DNA of 60,779 nt, filler included, from Porpidia crustulata (lineage: Eukaryota), in NCBI GenBank assembly GCA_964255105.1. It is 3 parts of 3 records of this genome, joined end to end, with 100 filler letters (N's around TTAATTAATTAA, not from the genome) between each part and the next. Parts side by side here need not be neighbours in the genome. Positions count along the whole stretch, not along the records: positions 40,605 to 60,779 come from CAXUWE010000126.1; 2 more parts are not named here. One strand, 5' to 3'. Positions 46,601 through 58,940 of the stretch are shown here, piece after piece (position 1 is the first letter of the stretch; every line of letters starts with the position of its first letter). Below the pieces are notes generated by a model. That model had not been told where the DNA came from and ran no database searches. It was given only the letters and a program-made list of their open reading frames with translations. Position numbers and translations under genes: made by a program.

Positions 46601-49600
46601 TGGTGTGTTTGTCTGATGGTGGCCGGCCTGTTTCAGTCCACAATTTTATCTGTTTCAGAACGAAACTTATGCCTGGAGCTTCTTCTGTCCATTGGTGTAA
46701 GTCATGACAGAATTGAGTCAGCAGAGTGGAGGCTTGTTCATGAACTTTCAATTGGAGTGAAGAAGATATAGAAATGGGTAACACTGGTAACGTTTTGTAC
46801 GATTTTACCATATTCGCCAGCACAATCGTCCAGCTTCGGAGGCCTTCCACGACAACTGTGGAATCTGTACCACCAAGTTTGCTATGTTTCTCAACGATGA
46901 CACATCCTACTTTGATAATTGCAGGAAGACATTGTACTGCGTGCTTGACGCGCGTAGCAGAGCTTTGGTCGCTATTGCGAGCGTAGCCGAGCTTGTACAA
47001 AGTAGGGGCCCATAGATTTTGTATCTTCTCAATCGAGTTATCAAGAGCCTCCAGCTCTTGATGTGATTTAATCAACGTACTCCTCTGCTCCATGACAAGA
47101 CACAGGATGCTCTGCAGGTATGCAATGCTTCGAGTAACCTCCGTGGGGCTAAGATCTTCCGAATGATTCCGAGATAGCTGTTTTGCCTGAGGTATAATAT
47201 CTATTGATCTGTGAAAATGGTACTCCGCTATAGACAACTCGCTTGCCACCAAAGTCTTATCAAATGCTGGACTTATTGTAAGTATCATGGATAATGATTC
47301 CTGCTTCGCTAGCACGTCTGCACCTATATTTGACCGAAAGCCCATTCGTCTAATGGTTTTCAAGGTGTCTGCAAAGAGTTTCCTCTTACGAGACTTGAGG
47401 TATTTCACTGCTTTGCTGTTGTCCTTATTCACAGTTGGTGGCGTTTCTTTCTGCAACATTCTCATATTATCGATCAAGTCGTTTGTATAGGCATCAAGTA
47501 GGGAAGCGCTGTCAATGGCAGTTGGGGGCATGCGGGTCGTGGAATCCATTATATCTGCTGTTGAATCGGGGTCCACGAACCGCATTGGTTTTGTATGCCA
47601 TGATCTAATGTGTTTTCGACAAAGCTCAAGGGCTTGGGGATCCGCTCTCGTCGAAGGCTTTCGATTAGTTTCATGTGCTGCTGAATTTACCGCTTGCTGT
47701 ATCTCGGGAACGCCTCCAGTAATGACATCCTGAGTAGGGTGAGACAGTAAAGCCCGGTACTTGCGGATAATCTTGAATAGCTTATGATGTGATCGCTTAG
47801 CACTGTCTCGCAGGGCGATAATATTCGTATCCTTCCAGCGGGCAAGCTGTAGGACCTCCTTTAATTTTGTTTCAATCTCCTGTCGTTTCTTGCGTAGCAA
47901 ATCTCGAATATTCGTTTCGAAATGCTTGTAGTAGCTCAGAAAATTGATAAGCGTTGTGTGGACAATGTTCAAGGTCGGATAGCTTTTCACCAATAATTCC
48001 GAGTGACACGAAAAACATTCAAGCAAGAGAAGCCGTGCAGAATACTGTCCTTGGGAGGTGGTGGCAAGGAAATCACCTAGTGTGGTAAAAAGCTGTTCTG
48101 CGTATCCTTGTAGCTTTGTCCCAGAACTTAACATAGAAAGCGGCACGGCAATGATAACTTCGTAAGCAATAAACCACCATGAATCAGCATCATCATTGCA
48201 CTTCTTGTCTTCCATATCCAAAAGCCTAGACCAAGTTGATAGCTCGAGACGGCGCCAGTCCACAAGCAAAGCTGTGAACTGATCATATAAAACCACAGCA
48301 GAATGCTCTTTACTTGCCACAACTTGCCACTCATTTACATAATTGTGCAATTGCTCGGCCTTCGTCATGATCTTGGCAATTGGCTCAGTATGTCGTAGCT
48401 CGAGTAGTTCTGAGGACGTTTTCAGGACATCTTGAATGGTCGCGTGTTCTGGCCAAGTATCATTGAGGTCAGAGAACCTGATTTGAATCATATGTACAAG
48501 ACTGATTAGATTCCGTGACTCGGCTATATTAGCATCAGTATAGAAGTTGTAGAGAATACTATGATCATGCGAGGCTTGCAACTGTTCCGCAGTCTTTTCC
48601 AAATTGAGTATAAGCCCAGACATCATGTTCGCCGCCGGTACAGGACACGTAGGCATGGCAAGATTGTCCTGCCATAATTGAGCAACTTTTTCGGAAGCAG
48701 CTTGCAGCATGTCAAATAAATAATGCGACACATCTCGATTAGGTTGGAAGACGTTCCGGTGTTCATGAGCAAGGTGCTGAGCTAAAAGTCTCGGATTGTC
48801 CTCCAGCTTTACAGCACTTGTTTTCCTCAAATTGCTAGTCTCAAAATTCGGGAATAATTCAAGAAACTCTTTCTCCTCGTCTTCTTCGCTATCTTCTTTG
48901 TTGCCGCGATAGCGATATATTGATGACCTGATCATGTCTTTTCGCTGCTCTTCTCCCAGCTGTGTTTTCCAACTGTCGTACGAAGCGTGAAAGGCACCTA
49001 ACATATTTTGAACACTAACTTCTCCCATTTCCAAGCCAAGACTTCGGATTACTGCGAAGCTCGGTAAGGTATCCTGTTGCGGGTTCACACTCTCGTTCAT
49101 CTTATCAAAATATTCTGGATGCATACCAAAAAAAGGTGTCGATCGGCAGATGCGCTGTATAGCGTTATCACAGCTACCTGTCTTCGCAGCTAAGATTGAT
49201 GCAATGGCCAGGCCGACGTCCAAACCCAGTAGCATACCCACCAGTGGCTTTGTGATATCGTCATAAGCACGGTAATCATTGGATAGTCTCAACGTAGCTT
49301 GAGCAATGTTTGACCGCAGGAGTTCCACCTCTCGGATCGCTTGCAGGTCACCAGTACATGCGAGTTGTAAAGTCGTGGTATCAGGAATTTTAGAAATGAT
49401 TGATCTATACAAGCTGTTGAATTCGCCTTGTAGAAGTCCAAGTGCGGATACCTGAGGGCGTACTATCGCAATTACTTCAGGTTCGTTTCCCAGAGCAATC
49501 AAGCCTTGCTCTACAAGCTGTGTTCGGAGACTTGTCTCGTGGCCAGTAAAGATCATCTCAAATTCTCGAAGAGCCTTGAGCTTATCATGCATGTCTTTTT

Positions 49601-52600
49601 TGTGTTTCTTATGATGATCTCGCGCAAGCATTGATCTCCAGGCCGGATCAAACGGCCGGTCCGGCACATAAAGCACCAGACAGCCAGCAAAAACCAGTAT
49701 CCAAGCCGACGCTAAATCCCTCCTCGATTCATCAGAATCTGCGGAGACCTTCGACATAATTTTCATTGCCGGGTTCAAGAAATCTTCGAGAATTCTATTC
49801 AAGTAGTGTGATTTTGGCGCGCCAAAACGTAATCTTAAAGGCGATGTTTTCGAACCGAGAGAATCATCACAGGATCCGCAAACGACTTGAGCAAGATATT
49901 GGCGGCACTCGGAAAGCGATTCCGGTTCTAGGTCAGCCTTGTGAGCGTCGAGAACCTGGAGAATAGTCAATACTCGAGAGCCATACTTTCTCGTTCGCGG
50001 GCTACAAACCTCAATAAGTAGTCTGCTCAATAAGCTAGCTAGAATTTGAGAGTGGTTTAGGGTCACGGAAGCTGACAGAGAGGCTGTGCTTTTTGTGAGA
50101 ACTTTCACCTCTTCACATAGAGAATTCAAAGACTTCAGAGGCACTTCGATCATGTACTTTCTAGTTGAAGTAAGTCACGATCCTGAACGTAGAAGAGAAG
50201 CTATAGGTTTGTGTAGAACTTACAACTTATGCAAGCTTGACACTGGTAGAGTATTTCGTAATGCTGCCAAAGCTGTTGTCGGTTTATCAATGCCAGTATA
50301 TTCTACTATGCAGCGGAGCAAGGTGGCACCCTTTCGCGATTGCCCCAGTTGCATCAAATCTTTGCAAGGTCTGCCGGCGTATAGATAAAGCATAGTGTGA
50401 CGCTCTATGGGAGATTCTGTAGCGGAAGAACTATGATACTGGCGTAAACCTTCGAACTGGTCATAAAAATAGGTATTTTTATGAATTGGATAGCTACTTG
50501 ACGACTTCTGAAGTTCAAGCATAGTATGCTGTATATCCTATAACGATGAGCTGGATCTTGAGATTTGTGGATGCTATGATTTACCTTCAGCTGTTCGTTA
50601 AATCGCATTTCTCTAGGCTCTATCGTATCATATATATCTGCTAGGGACTGGCCCAGAATCCGAATCTCTTGGTATGAAGCGCCCGAGGTCCATCTCAAAG
50701 CATCAAAGCGATCGGCTAATTCTTCGACTCGAAGACAGGCTGCGAGTTGCTGCAAGTTCTCGGCCACTGTGGGTCTGAATACGTTCCAAAGGGCCTCCAT
50801 ACTCAGACCTGAAGACAATTGCCATGCTGCATCAAAATCGTGGAGTGCTTTCTGAAATTCCTTGGCCAATTCGGCTACAGAGTGGTTAGTGCTTTCTATA
50901 TTCTTAGCTCGGGCGACAGTCAGGTTGCCAGAAGTAAGGTATGCCTGGAATGAACCCTCATCGAAGCTGGTGGATTGTACAATATCAAATATATCTGAGA
51001 GGTAAAGCAATACTTCTCTTAGGAAAGACAGAAGTTTCTGGCGTCGCAATTAGTTTGCATCAATTGGCGAAGATTAGAATCAACATACGTTATCAAGAAC
51101 ACTTGTCTCAGACACTTCTTCATTGATTTTGATTCTCATAAGGTTCCCCATATGTTGCAAAAAGTGTCCCACGGCTTGCGTAGATTCGTTCTTGAACGTT
51201 CTCGACAAGCCCTTAGCGAGGGATCTCTCGAGTCGAGTCATCTGCCCTGGCCGTCTTTCATTTGAGCTCTCCTCTACATACTTCAACTGATGTTGGAATT
51301 TGAAGAGGTCTACCAAAAATTCAAACGCACTCCCAAGTGACCTCAAATTCGTCAGCACACTCGCATGAGTAGTCAAAGGGAGCAATACAACGTTATTGTG
51401 GGGGTGTATTGGCTAGTTGTTGGATAAAGCTATTAGTACTTGATCTGTAATACCATCTGAGAAAAATATACTAACCTGGGAAGCTCCAAAATCCGTTGTC
51501 AATGCCATTTGCTTGCCAAGCTTTCCATAACTTGCGGTTATGTTTCGCACCACGTTTCCACCAGACTGAATGATCTCGTGATACATTCTCAGATTCAACG
51601 AAAACAGACTTTGCGCTGGCAGAGGTATTTGAATCAAGCCCTGGGTAACCTGTATGTGCCACCGACCATACATCTCGTAATCTAGCCAAGATAAATGGTC
51701 TAATGCGATAGGGAAAAGCTTGTGGGAATTTAAGCTATCAAGGATAGCACTATTGACAGTTTCGACAACCTCAAAGCGCGACAGGCTGGCTTCGCAATTT
51801 GATGCCATCACGTCAAGATTGACGGAAGCAGTAGAGGGATGGACAAAGAGCTCGATACATCTATTTCGCATGGCTTGAGAGAGCTCACCATGGCGTGGGT
51901 CCATCGTCAAAAAAAGTCGAAACTTTGGGTGAGGTTGAAGAGTACGGGCTGAGCCGTCAGGCCGTCGATTCTCGTTAATGCTTAGAAAGCCATTAGGCTC
52001 GAGTAAAGAATTCAACCTATCAAGAACTGAGGGACTGCACAGGTTGGCATTATCAAGAATGAGCCATCTGCCTTCTTTGAGAGCTTTGACTAGAATGCCA
52101 TCAACCCACTCAAAGCGAGCTTGACTGTCTTGGATGAGAAGCTCGCAGACAACTTCGCAGTCATCTACAAATTTTACATTCTCCGGAGACGGTTGCTCAT
52201 CCGCCAATGCCCTGAATAATGGAAGTATTGCGGTAAGATCCGGCGTCGTTATATGCAAACATTGCTCTAAGGCAACAAGAGCTTCGCTCGGAATGATTAC
52301 CGATAACAAACAATGTATCATAGTGTGGTGGACATGAATTCGCGCTTTCTTTATCAAGCTCTCAGCTCTACGTTGGAAATTGACCTGTGCATATCCGCCA
52401 ACCAGATCTGCTGTGTCAATATCAGCATTCATAGAAAGCGTGGTGATACTAGCCCCTATAGAAGTGGCTAATTGAAGTACGATTTTAGTCTTTCCGGAAC
52501 CAGATGGTCCAACAAGTAGGCAAGGCCAACTTTGTCGGATACAAATCATGACGGATTCAGCTATAGGCAGATTGACCGATGTTAAGTTAAAGCGTTGCCT

Positions 52601-55600
52601 CGAAAGTGGCTGATATATGACATCTCTTTCCAATAGACCAAGGCCGATCTGCAGTGAGTCGGGGGTCGCATTGTGATAGTAGCGGTGAGGCGGATCAGGA
52701 ATAGGTAGATGCTGCTGCAATAAGGTTGCCACAACAGCTGTATCCTCAGGAGTTCGAAGTCGTTGCAAGATCAAGATATTTTGGTAATCAGCAACCCTCC
52801 CAGCTAAAGATTGTCGATTGCCGGGGGATATCAGGTGAAGCCATCTAACAACATCACGTAGATTAAATTCCCAAGGGCCACCATGGGATCCAATTCTATT
52901 ATCGCGCAGTAACAAATCCCTCAGAGATGTGACACATTTTGTCAAGTTTTGAATTATCTCGATCGAAGAGTCGGGATAGCATCTTCTACAGATTATCAGC
53001 AGATCTTCAGGTGTAAATCTATCAGCAAAGACAACGGTAAATCGGTTGACAAATGAGGCTGGAAGCCCTTTTCGTCCTCCACCTTGTTGATGTGGGTTTT
53101 GAGCTGCAAATAATACGAAGTTCGGATGCCTCGAGAATGTTTGATCTAATTCAGAAACATAAACCTGACCTCGATGATCAAGGCAAGCGTTTAGACCCTC
53201 TAAGACTGACTGCGATGCTAGGTTCATTTCATCCAACAAAACCCATTCCCCATTCTGCATAGCCCGAAGGAAAGACGCATCCCGCCACTCGAAGCGTCCT
53301 ACTTCTTCTCCCTCGACTGGAACGTCAGACCCAAAAAGGTCCATCAAATCCGTCTGCTCTGAAAGATTTATACGTGTGAGCGGCATGCCAATAGCCTGTG
53401 CCAGGGCCGTAACAAGAGTAGTTTTTCCTACACCCGGACTACCTTCCAGTAGTATCGGCTTCTGAACTTGTAAAGCTCGAATTATTTTCATTACGTTTGC
53501 CTTCGTCGTAGGAGCTTCCAAGCTGTACTTCTCGTCGGGATTAATTTGTAGGTCTTTGCCAACACTGAACGGACCTATACAGATAGAGCCTTTACTGATT
53601 ATGAGAGGGTATCTCTGACAATACAGCGTTTTCATGTCATGATTAAAGAGTTCGCTAAGTTTACTTAGACATGCATCACGCTCTATGGATACCATGGCCT
53701 CTGGAATCGACATTTTTGCAACTGGATTAGCTCCAATACCGTCAACATATATCATTGCGGCTCCATGAAGGAGAGCAAAGTGTGGATCGGAGCCTTTCTG
53801 AATATTGACAAATCGTACCCACGCGAGTAGATCTCTAATGGGAGAGAGAGGCAGAGAAGGACTATATCTTGTACCATACCATGCTGCAAATGAAACCATT
53901 GGCGTGGAGAAGCGCATATACGAGACCAAAAGCTTAGCCTGGACGATCTCTAGCATCTCTTCATTATCTGATGTGTGCGAAACCCAGATTTCCGTAAAGC
54001 GATTACGGAGCGCTGGAGATAATTCTTTCTTGCCGTAATCTCCCCCCGGATTCATCGTTGCCACAAACTGAAAGCCGTCAGATGCAGTGACGAGAGTATC
54101 ATCAGCACCTTTTTCAGCCAGCAAAAGCTTGCGGTCGGACTCTAGCACACTATTCAAGCGTTCTAGCACTGAGTCATCTGCCAGGGATATCTCGTCGAGC
54201 AAGAAATGTTGTCCACTCCGCATTGCATGGACAAGACTACCATCTGACCATTCGAACAAAGTTTTCAACCTCTTCCGAAGCTGTTCAATACGAGTGCGTG
54301 TTTCAGGTCTGACCTTGTCTGACTGCTCGTTATTGAAAACATCGTAAGCTGCTAGTAGATCCTCGAGGTCTGCGCCGGGACCGCAATCCCTTCCCTTGAA
54401 GTTCCTCAGAAAACAGTTGATCTTTTCAGCTAATTGCGCTTCAGTGAGAGCCCTGTTTCGTATGGGGCGCTGAGAACCTATAAGGTCACCAGTTTCCGTA
54501 TTTTGATGAGCGTTGACAATGTGGATTCTGGTCTGCATGAGCTCTGCTACGACTTGGCATATAGTTGTTTTTCCACATCCTGTGTCGCCAACCAGTAGAA
54601 CAGGCTCGTTGTTTTTATAGGCCTTAGAAACGAGAAGAAAGAGGCGTCGCATAGACTTGGTCCAGACCACCTCGTGTGTGGATGATCCAATCGGGCCTTG
54701 CAGATCTCCTAAGCTAGCTAAGTTGTATACTTGGTCTTCATCTATCTTGACTTTCATAACGTCCTCGATAATCACCTTGACCGCCACGCGTTCATCTCGA
54801 TTCCGCACACGCTCAGCAAGCAGAAGGTATCCGTTAACGGCCAAATCTTCGCGATTATCCGCGTCTCGCAAAGCCCAGCGGAAAAGATCTCGAAGAGTGG
54901 CAAAGCTATTTTTCTGCTCAAAGAGCCGGCCCTTCTGGCGAAGCATGGACAGTCTTTTGTACACAGCAACAATCTTCGTGCAGAACGAAGGCGCTATTTG
55001 GCTCCTCTCTCGCAAAATGGTCTCCAACTCATCCTCTGGAATGTCGTCGAAATGCAATTCGAGAAATCGATTCCGGAATGCGCGTGATAGGATCTTCCGT
55101 CCACCATACATCCCCGGTGGATTTTGTGTCGCGAACAACATGAAATTAGCATGAGGCCGTACCACTTGTTGCGTCTCGGGTATTAAGAGCTCGCGATTGT
55201 CATCAAGTAAGCGATTGAGAGCTTCAAGTACATCCGTAGGAGCCAGGTTCAATTCATCCAAAACGATCCAGTAGCCTTCCCGCAACGCGCGCACCAGGAT
55301 ACCTTCTTGGTAATGGAGTTGGCCATCAGCATCCGAGGTATAGGTACCAAGATACTCCTGAAGATCCGTATGTTCGTGATTGTTAATCCTCACAAACTTA
55401 TTACCAGATATTTTGGCTAAATATTCTACCATACTAGTTTTGCCGGATGATGTTGGGCCTTGAAGCAGAACAGGGAACCTGCGAGTGGAAGTAGCTCGCA
55501 CCAGATTTAAAAGATTACGCTCAACGAAAGGTGTGATGATATAGTGAGGCTGCGTCTGGATGGGTGCAGATCCTTGGGCTATCCAATAGTGTCGGAACTG

Positions 55601-58600
55601 AATGTAGGTTCTACCGTCATCAGGAAATCGTGGTATTCGACGAAGAAGAGCTTGAGAGCTCTTGCGGGAGCCTAGTATGTACTTATCAATTAGTGGCTGG
55701 AGCACTAGCTCGGAGTCTTTGTTCAACAGCGTCAAGAAACTCATGGAGAAGCCTTCGAACATTGCTCGACGAAGGCCATAGCTAGGCGCGATATCTATCA
55801 CGTAAACTAGAGTCCTAGTGAGGGTTCGTAAACTGAAATGCGGCTTTTGATTCCCAGAGTCCGCGAGCCGGTTCTCCGTGGAGAGATTCTGGATTTCAAA
55901 GTAAAGCTGGGCAGTGTCAGACGCAGCTCGTACATCGTGATGGTTATGATTGCCCAAATAGGCACTGACTATGGACGTCAAATTCTCAAGGTCTTTGTCA
56001 GGAGAGTCGAGGAAGATCTCCGTGAACCTAGTGCGAAGACTCAGCGGCAAATCACGTTTACCAACATCAGTCGCAGGATTCATAGCGCCAAATATACGGA
56101 AGTCCTTGTGAGCGAAGACTCGCTGGGTATCTCCAGAATCCGTAAGCATTATTGACGGACTTTCATCATTTCCGTTCATCAAAAGATCTGCTAGACTCTC
56201 AAGCGTATCCGGTGATGCAAGGTTTATTTCATCCAGCAGGACCCAGTCCCCATTTCTTGCCGCCTTGATGATGTTACCCTCGACAAAGGAGAACGCAAAG
56301 CCTCTAGAGCCGTTCGAAACATGCATATGGAAAGTCTGCACATGGGAGGCGAAGTTTTCCCATCTCGCTCTCAACTTTTGGAGCTTTGGGGACTCGAATT
56401 TTCGTTTCTTTGTACGCGGCTGTTGCATGCTCTGGTCAATAGAGGGACTCGTCGAACCAAGTGTATTTCCGACCATTGCCAATGCCTCTTGCCAAAGTTT
56501 CAGAGCGTGGACCCATCGGCCCTTACCTACCGCCTTCCGGACGGCCTCTATATATTGCCGGTTCCTTTTTGAGGAGAATGTGACTTCGAAGAGGTCATCG
56601 AATTCTTCCTTTAAAGGGATGGCAAAGGCACGAACGTTCACTGGTTTATAGCCGCCTAGTAAATCTCCAGCTTCAGTTTGTTGGGAAAGATTGAGTACCG
56701 TCAAAGAGTGACCTAAAGAGTGGGCGAGCTGCTGAATTATGGTTGTTTTACCGGTACCGGTCTCGCCCACCAGAAGACAGGGTTCGGCCATCTTGACTGT
56801 GACAGCAACAGATTCTAGAGTGCGAAGGACTTGACCTGTCATAGCGAAAGGTCGGCTTGAGGATGCGTTGTCCGGTGGCCTTATACGTTGAGGGCTTCTT
56901 GTTTTCGCGATATTAGTGCGCCCAACATGTAAGCTAGAATCTTTTTGGAAATACTCCGGCCTCCTTACTGTTAAGCAGTACTGAGCGCGCTCTTTAGGCA
57001 TTTGCAACTCTTGTGCTATCAGTGCCACCGACTCAGACCTTGCAGATCCACTGGGAAACATACCCGTGAAGCAGTCCACTGCTTCAAGGAAGATGCTATC
57101 ATTAGTTGACTCAGAGATAGGCTCAGTACTCGTTCTGATGCCTGAGCTCAAGAAAAGACCTTCTAACCTCCTACACCATCTGAAAAGATCTCGAGGCCCT
57201 GGTGGCCGATTAATCTTGAGTGTCAGCTTTGGAGTTAGGACACCACCGCTGTTCAGACTTAGGAGGCCAATATACACTTTCAAAATGTTTGCAACATGTG
57301 CGTGAAGAATTGGAAACTTGTTTTGTACTATATATCCTAGCTCTTCATTGGATGGCAATTTCAGAGATACCTTTTCCCAATGCCGAAACCCAATCATGCT
57401 GACTGCTGGATTAATCTCGCGATTTTTAACATTTAAAATCGAGCGAACAGTACCGATGATCTTGAATCCTGGAGCAGCGCGGATTGTTTCGCCCCAATCA
57501 GGTATCAAAAGTTCTCCTCGTTCAAGTAGCGGCAACAAGGTACTGATAATATCGGTGGGTGCGTGATCGAAGTCTTCGATGAGCACCCATCGTCCCTCCT
57601 TGACAGCAGTAGTCAAGACTCCGGGCTGCCAGCTGAAAGATCCAGGAGTTTTGGCACTAGTGTACATACCAATAAGCATTTTCGCATCGGTCTGCTGGTT
57701 CAGGTGCAGAGTCACCATTGACGAGAATTTGCCCAGTTGTCTTGCCAGATCCCTAATTAGAGAAGTCTTACCGGTACCGGAAAAGCCTGTTACTAATAGT
57801 GGCTTGGCTCCAACAATGAGCTGTGCCAGCAAGCGCGCATTCTGGCTCACGGTCTTGGTCATGATAAGGGCAGAAGCTCTCTGAAACTTTCCCATTGATC
57901 TAGGAATCAATACTCCGCAGATACAAGCAGTATTCGACGACAAGTCTTGCAATTCTATGACTCTCTGAGTTGCAAGAGTGGGTTCCCTCGTCCCAAAAGA
58001 ACTTCTGAGAATTGCTGCGCCTTTTTCTAGATCGTTGATCCTTTTCCGTTCCCAAAGGCTTAAGAAAGCGTAATCGATCATTTTACCCTCCCATGGACCG
58101 TTGATCTCATCCTTACCCGAGTAAGTTCCTACCATGCCCATCAAAGCTGCGTCAGAAGCATGGAGATATAAACACAACACCCGAACAGCCAAATACCGAA
58201 TTGGTCTATTCGAATGGTTAAGCAAGAGCTGTAATTGTGCTGGCAAAATGAAAGATCCAAATACATCATTATCAAACATCAGAAGGCGAAAGACTGCCAG
58301 AAGATGGTCATGTAGAGATTGTTCCGGGAGATTCAATAATCCAGTTGGACTACGCGAAATAAGGTGTCTTAAGCTTCCAACTTTTTCCCTGCATAGAAGC
58401 TCTTGAGCGTACACTATCAAATGAGAAGCAAATGGTAGGACGCGGGCAAGAGCTGCCAGAATAGCGAATGGATCTCGAGCAAAGTGCTCATAGCCTAGCC
58501 ATCTACTACATATTTCCACGATAATCGATTCGTGGGTGGCAAAGATGGTGGCTGTATAGCTAGGATCCAATGCTAATCTTGAAAGCATATCAAGATACTG

Positions 58601-58702
58601 TGTGTTATTACATTGTTGCAGGGCGTGAACTATGTCGTCTGGCAATTTGCACAGATTTGGCACATTTGATGAAAGCTGAGCTGCCTCCCGTGACACGTCC
58701 AT
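43644..58702 (-). CDS. MDN1: Midasin (Rea1/MDN1), dynein-related AAA ATPase for 60S biogenesis, ~4944 aa; exons 58702-51476, 51412-51089, 51037-50585, 50537-50224, 50160-43644
   Basis: Six Walker A motifs (GFSGTGKT, GETGTGKT, GPTSSGKT, GDTGCGKT, GSPGVGKT, GPSGSGKT), a long linker, a D/E-rich region and a C-terminal MIDAS domain (VDDSKSM, IISDG). Four introns give 14835 nt in frame. Confidence 0.98.
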
Positions 58703-58940
58703 GATGGAGAGTAAGGAAATTCTGTCGTCGTGGACGATGGTTACAACGACAGATTTTTAATGGAAATTTCATGTCCAAAATATTATATTCAAGCGAGTTT
58801 GGCGCGTTACGATTGCCAGGAGAGGCGCTCCGCGCTAAACCAGAATGCGCGTCTTCACAGAATAATATTATTTGGTGCATGGCCTTGGTGGATACTTATT
58901 GTAATACCAAAGGACTCGTACCTCCTCGTTCAACGCTCTC

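Noticed and set aside
43819..57884. Many 60-165 aa plus-strand ORFs antisense to midasin (and similar ones opposite the kinase, PH-domain, PRCC and CCT8 genes)
   Set aside because: Shadow ORFs of long coding sequences; no motifs, and most lack an AUG start.
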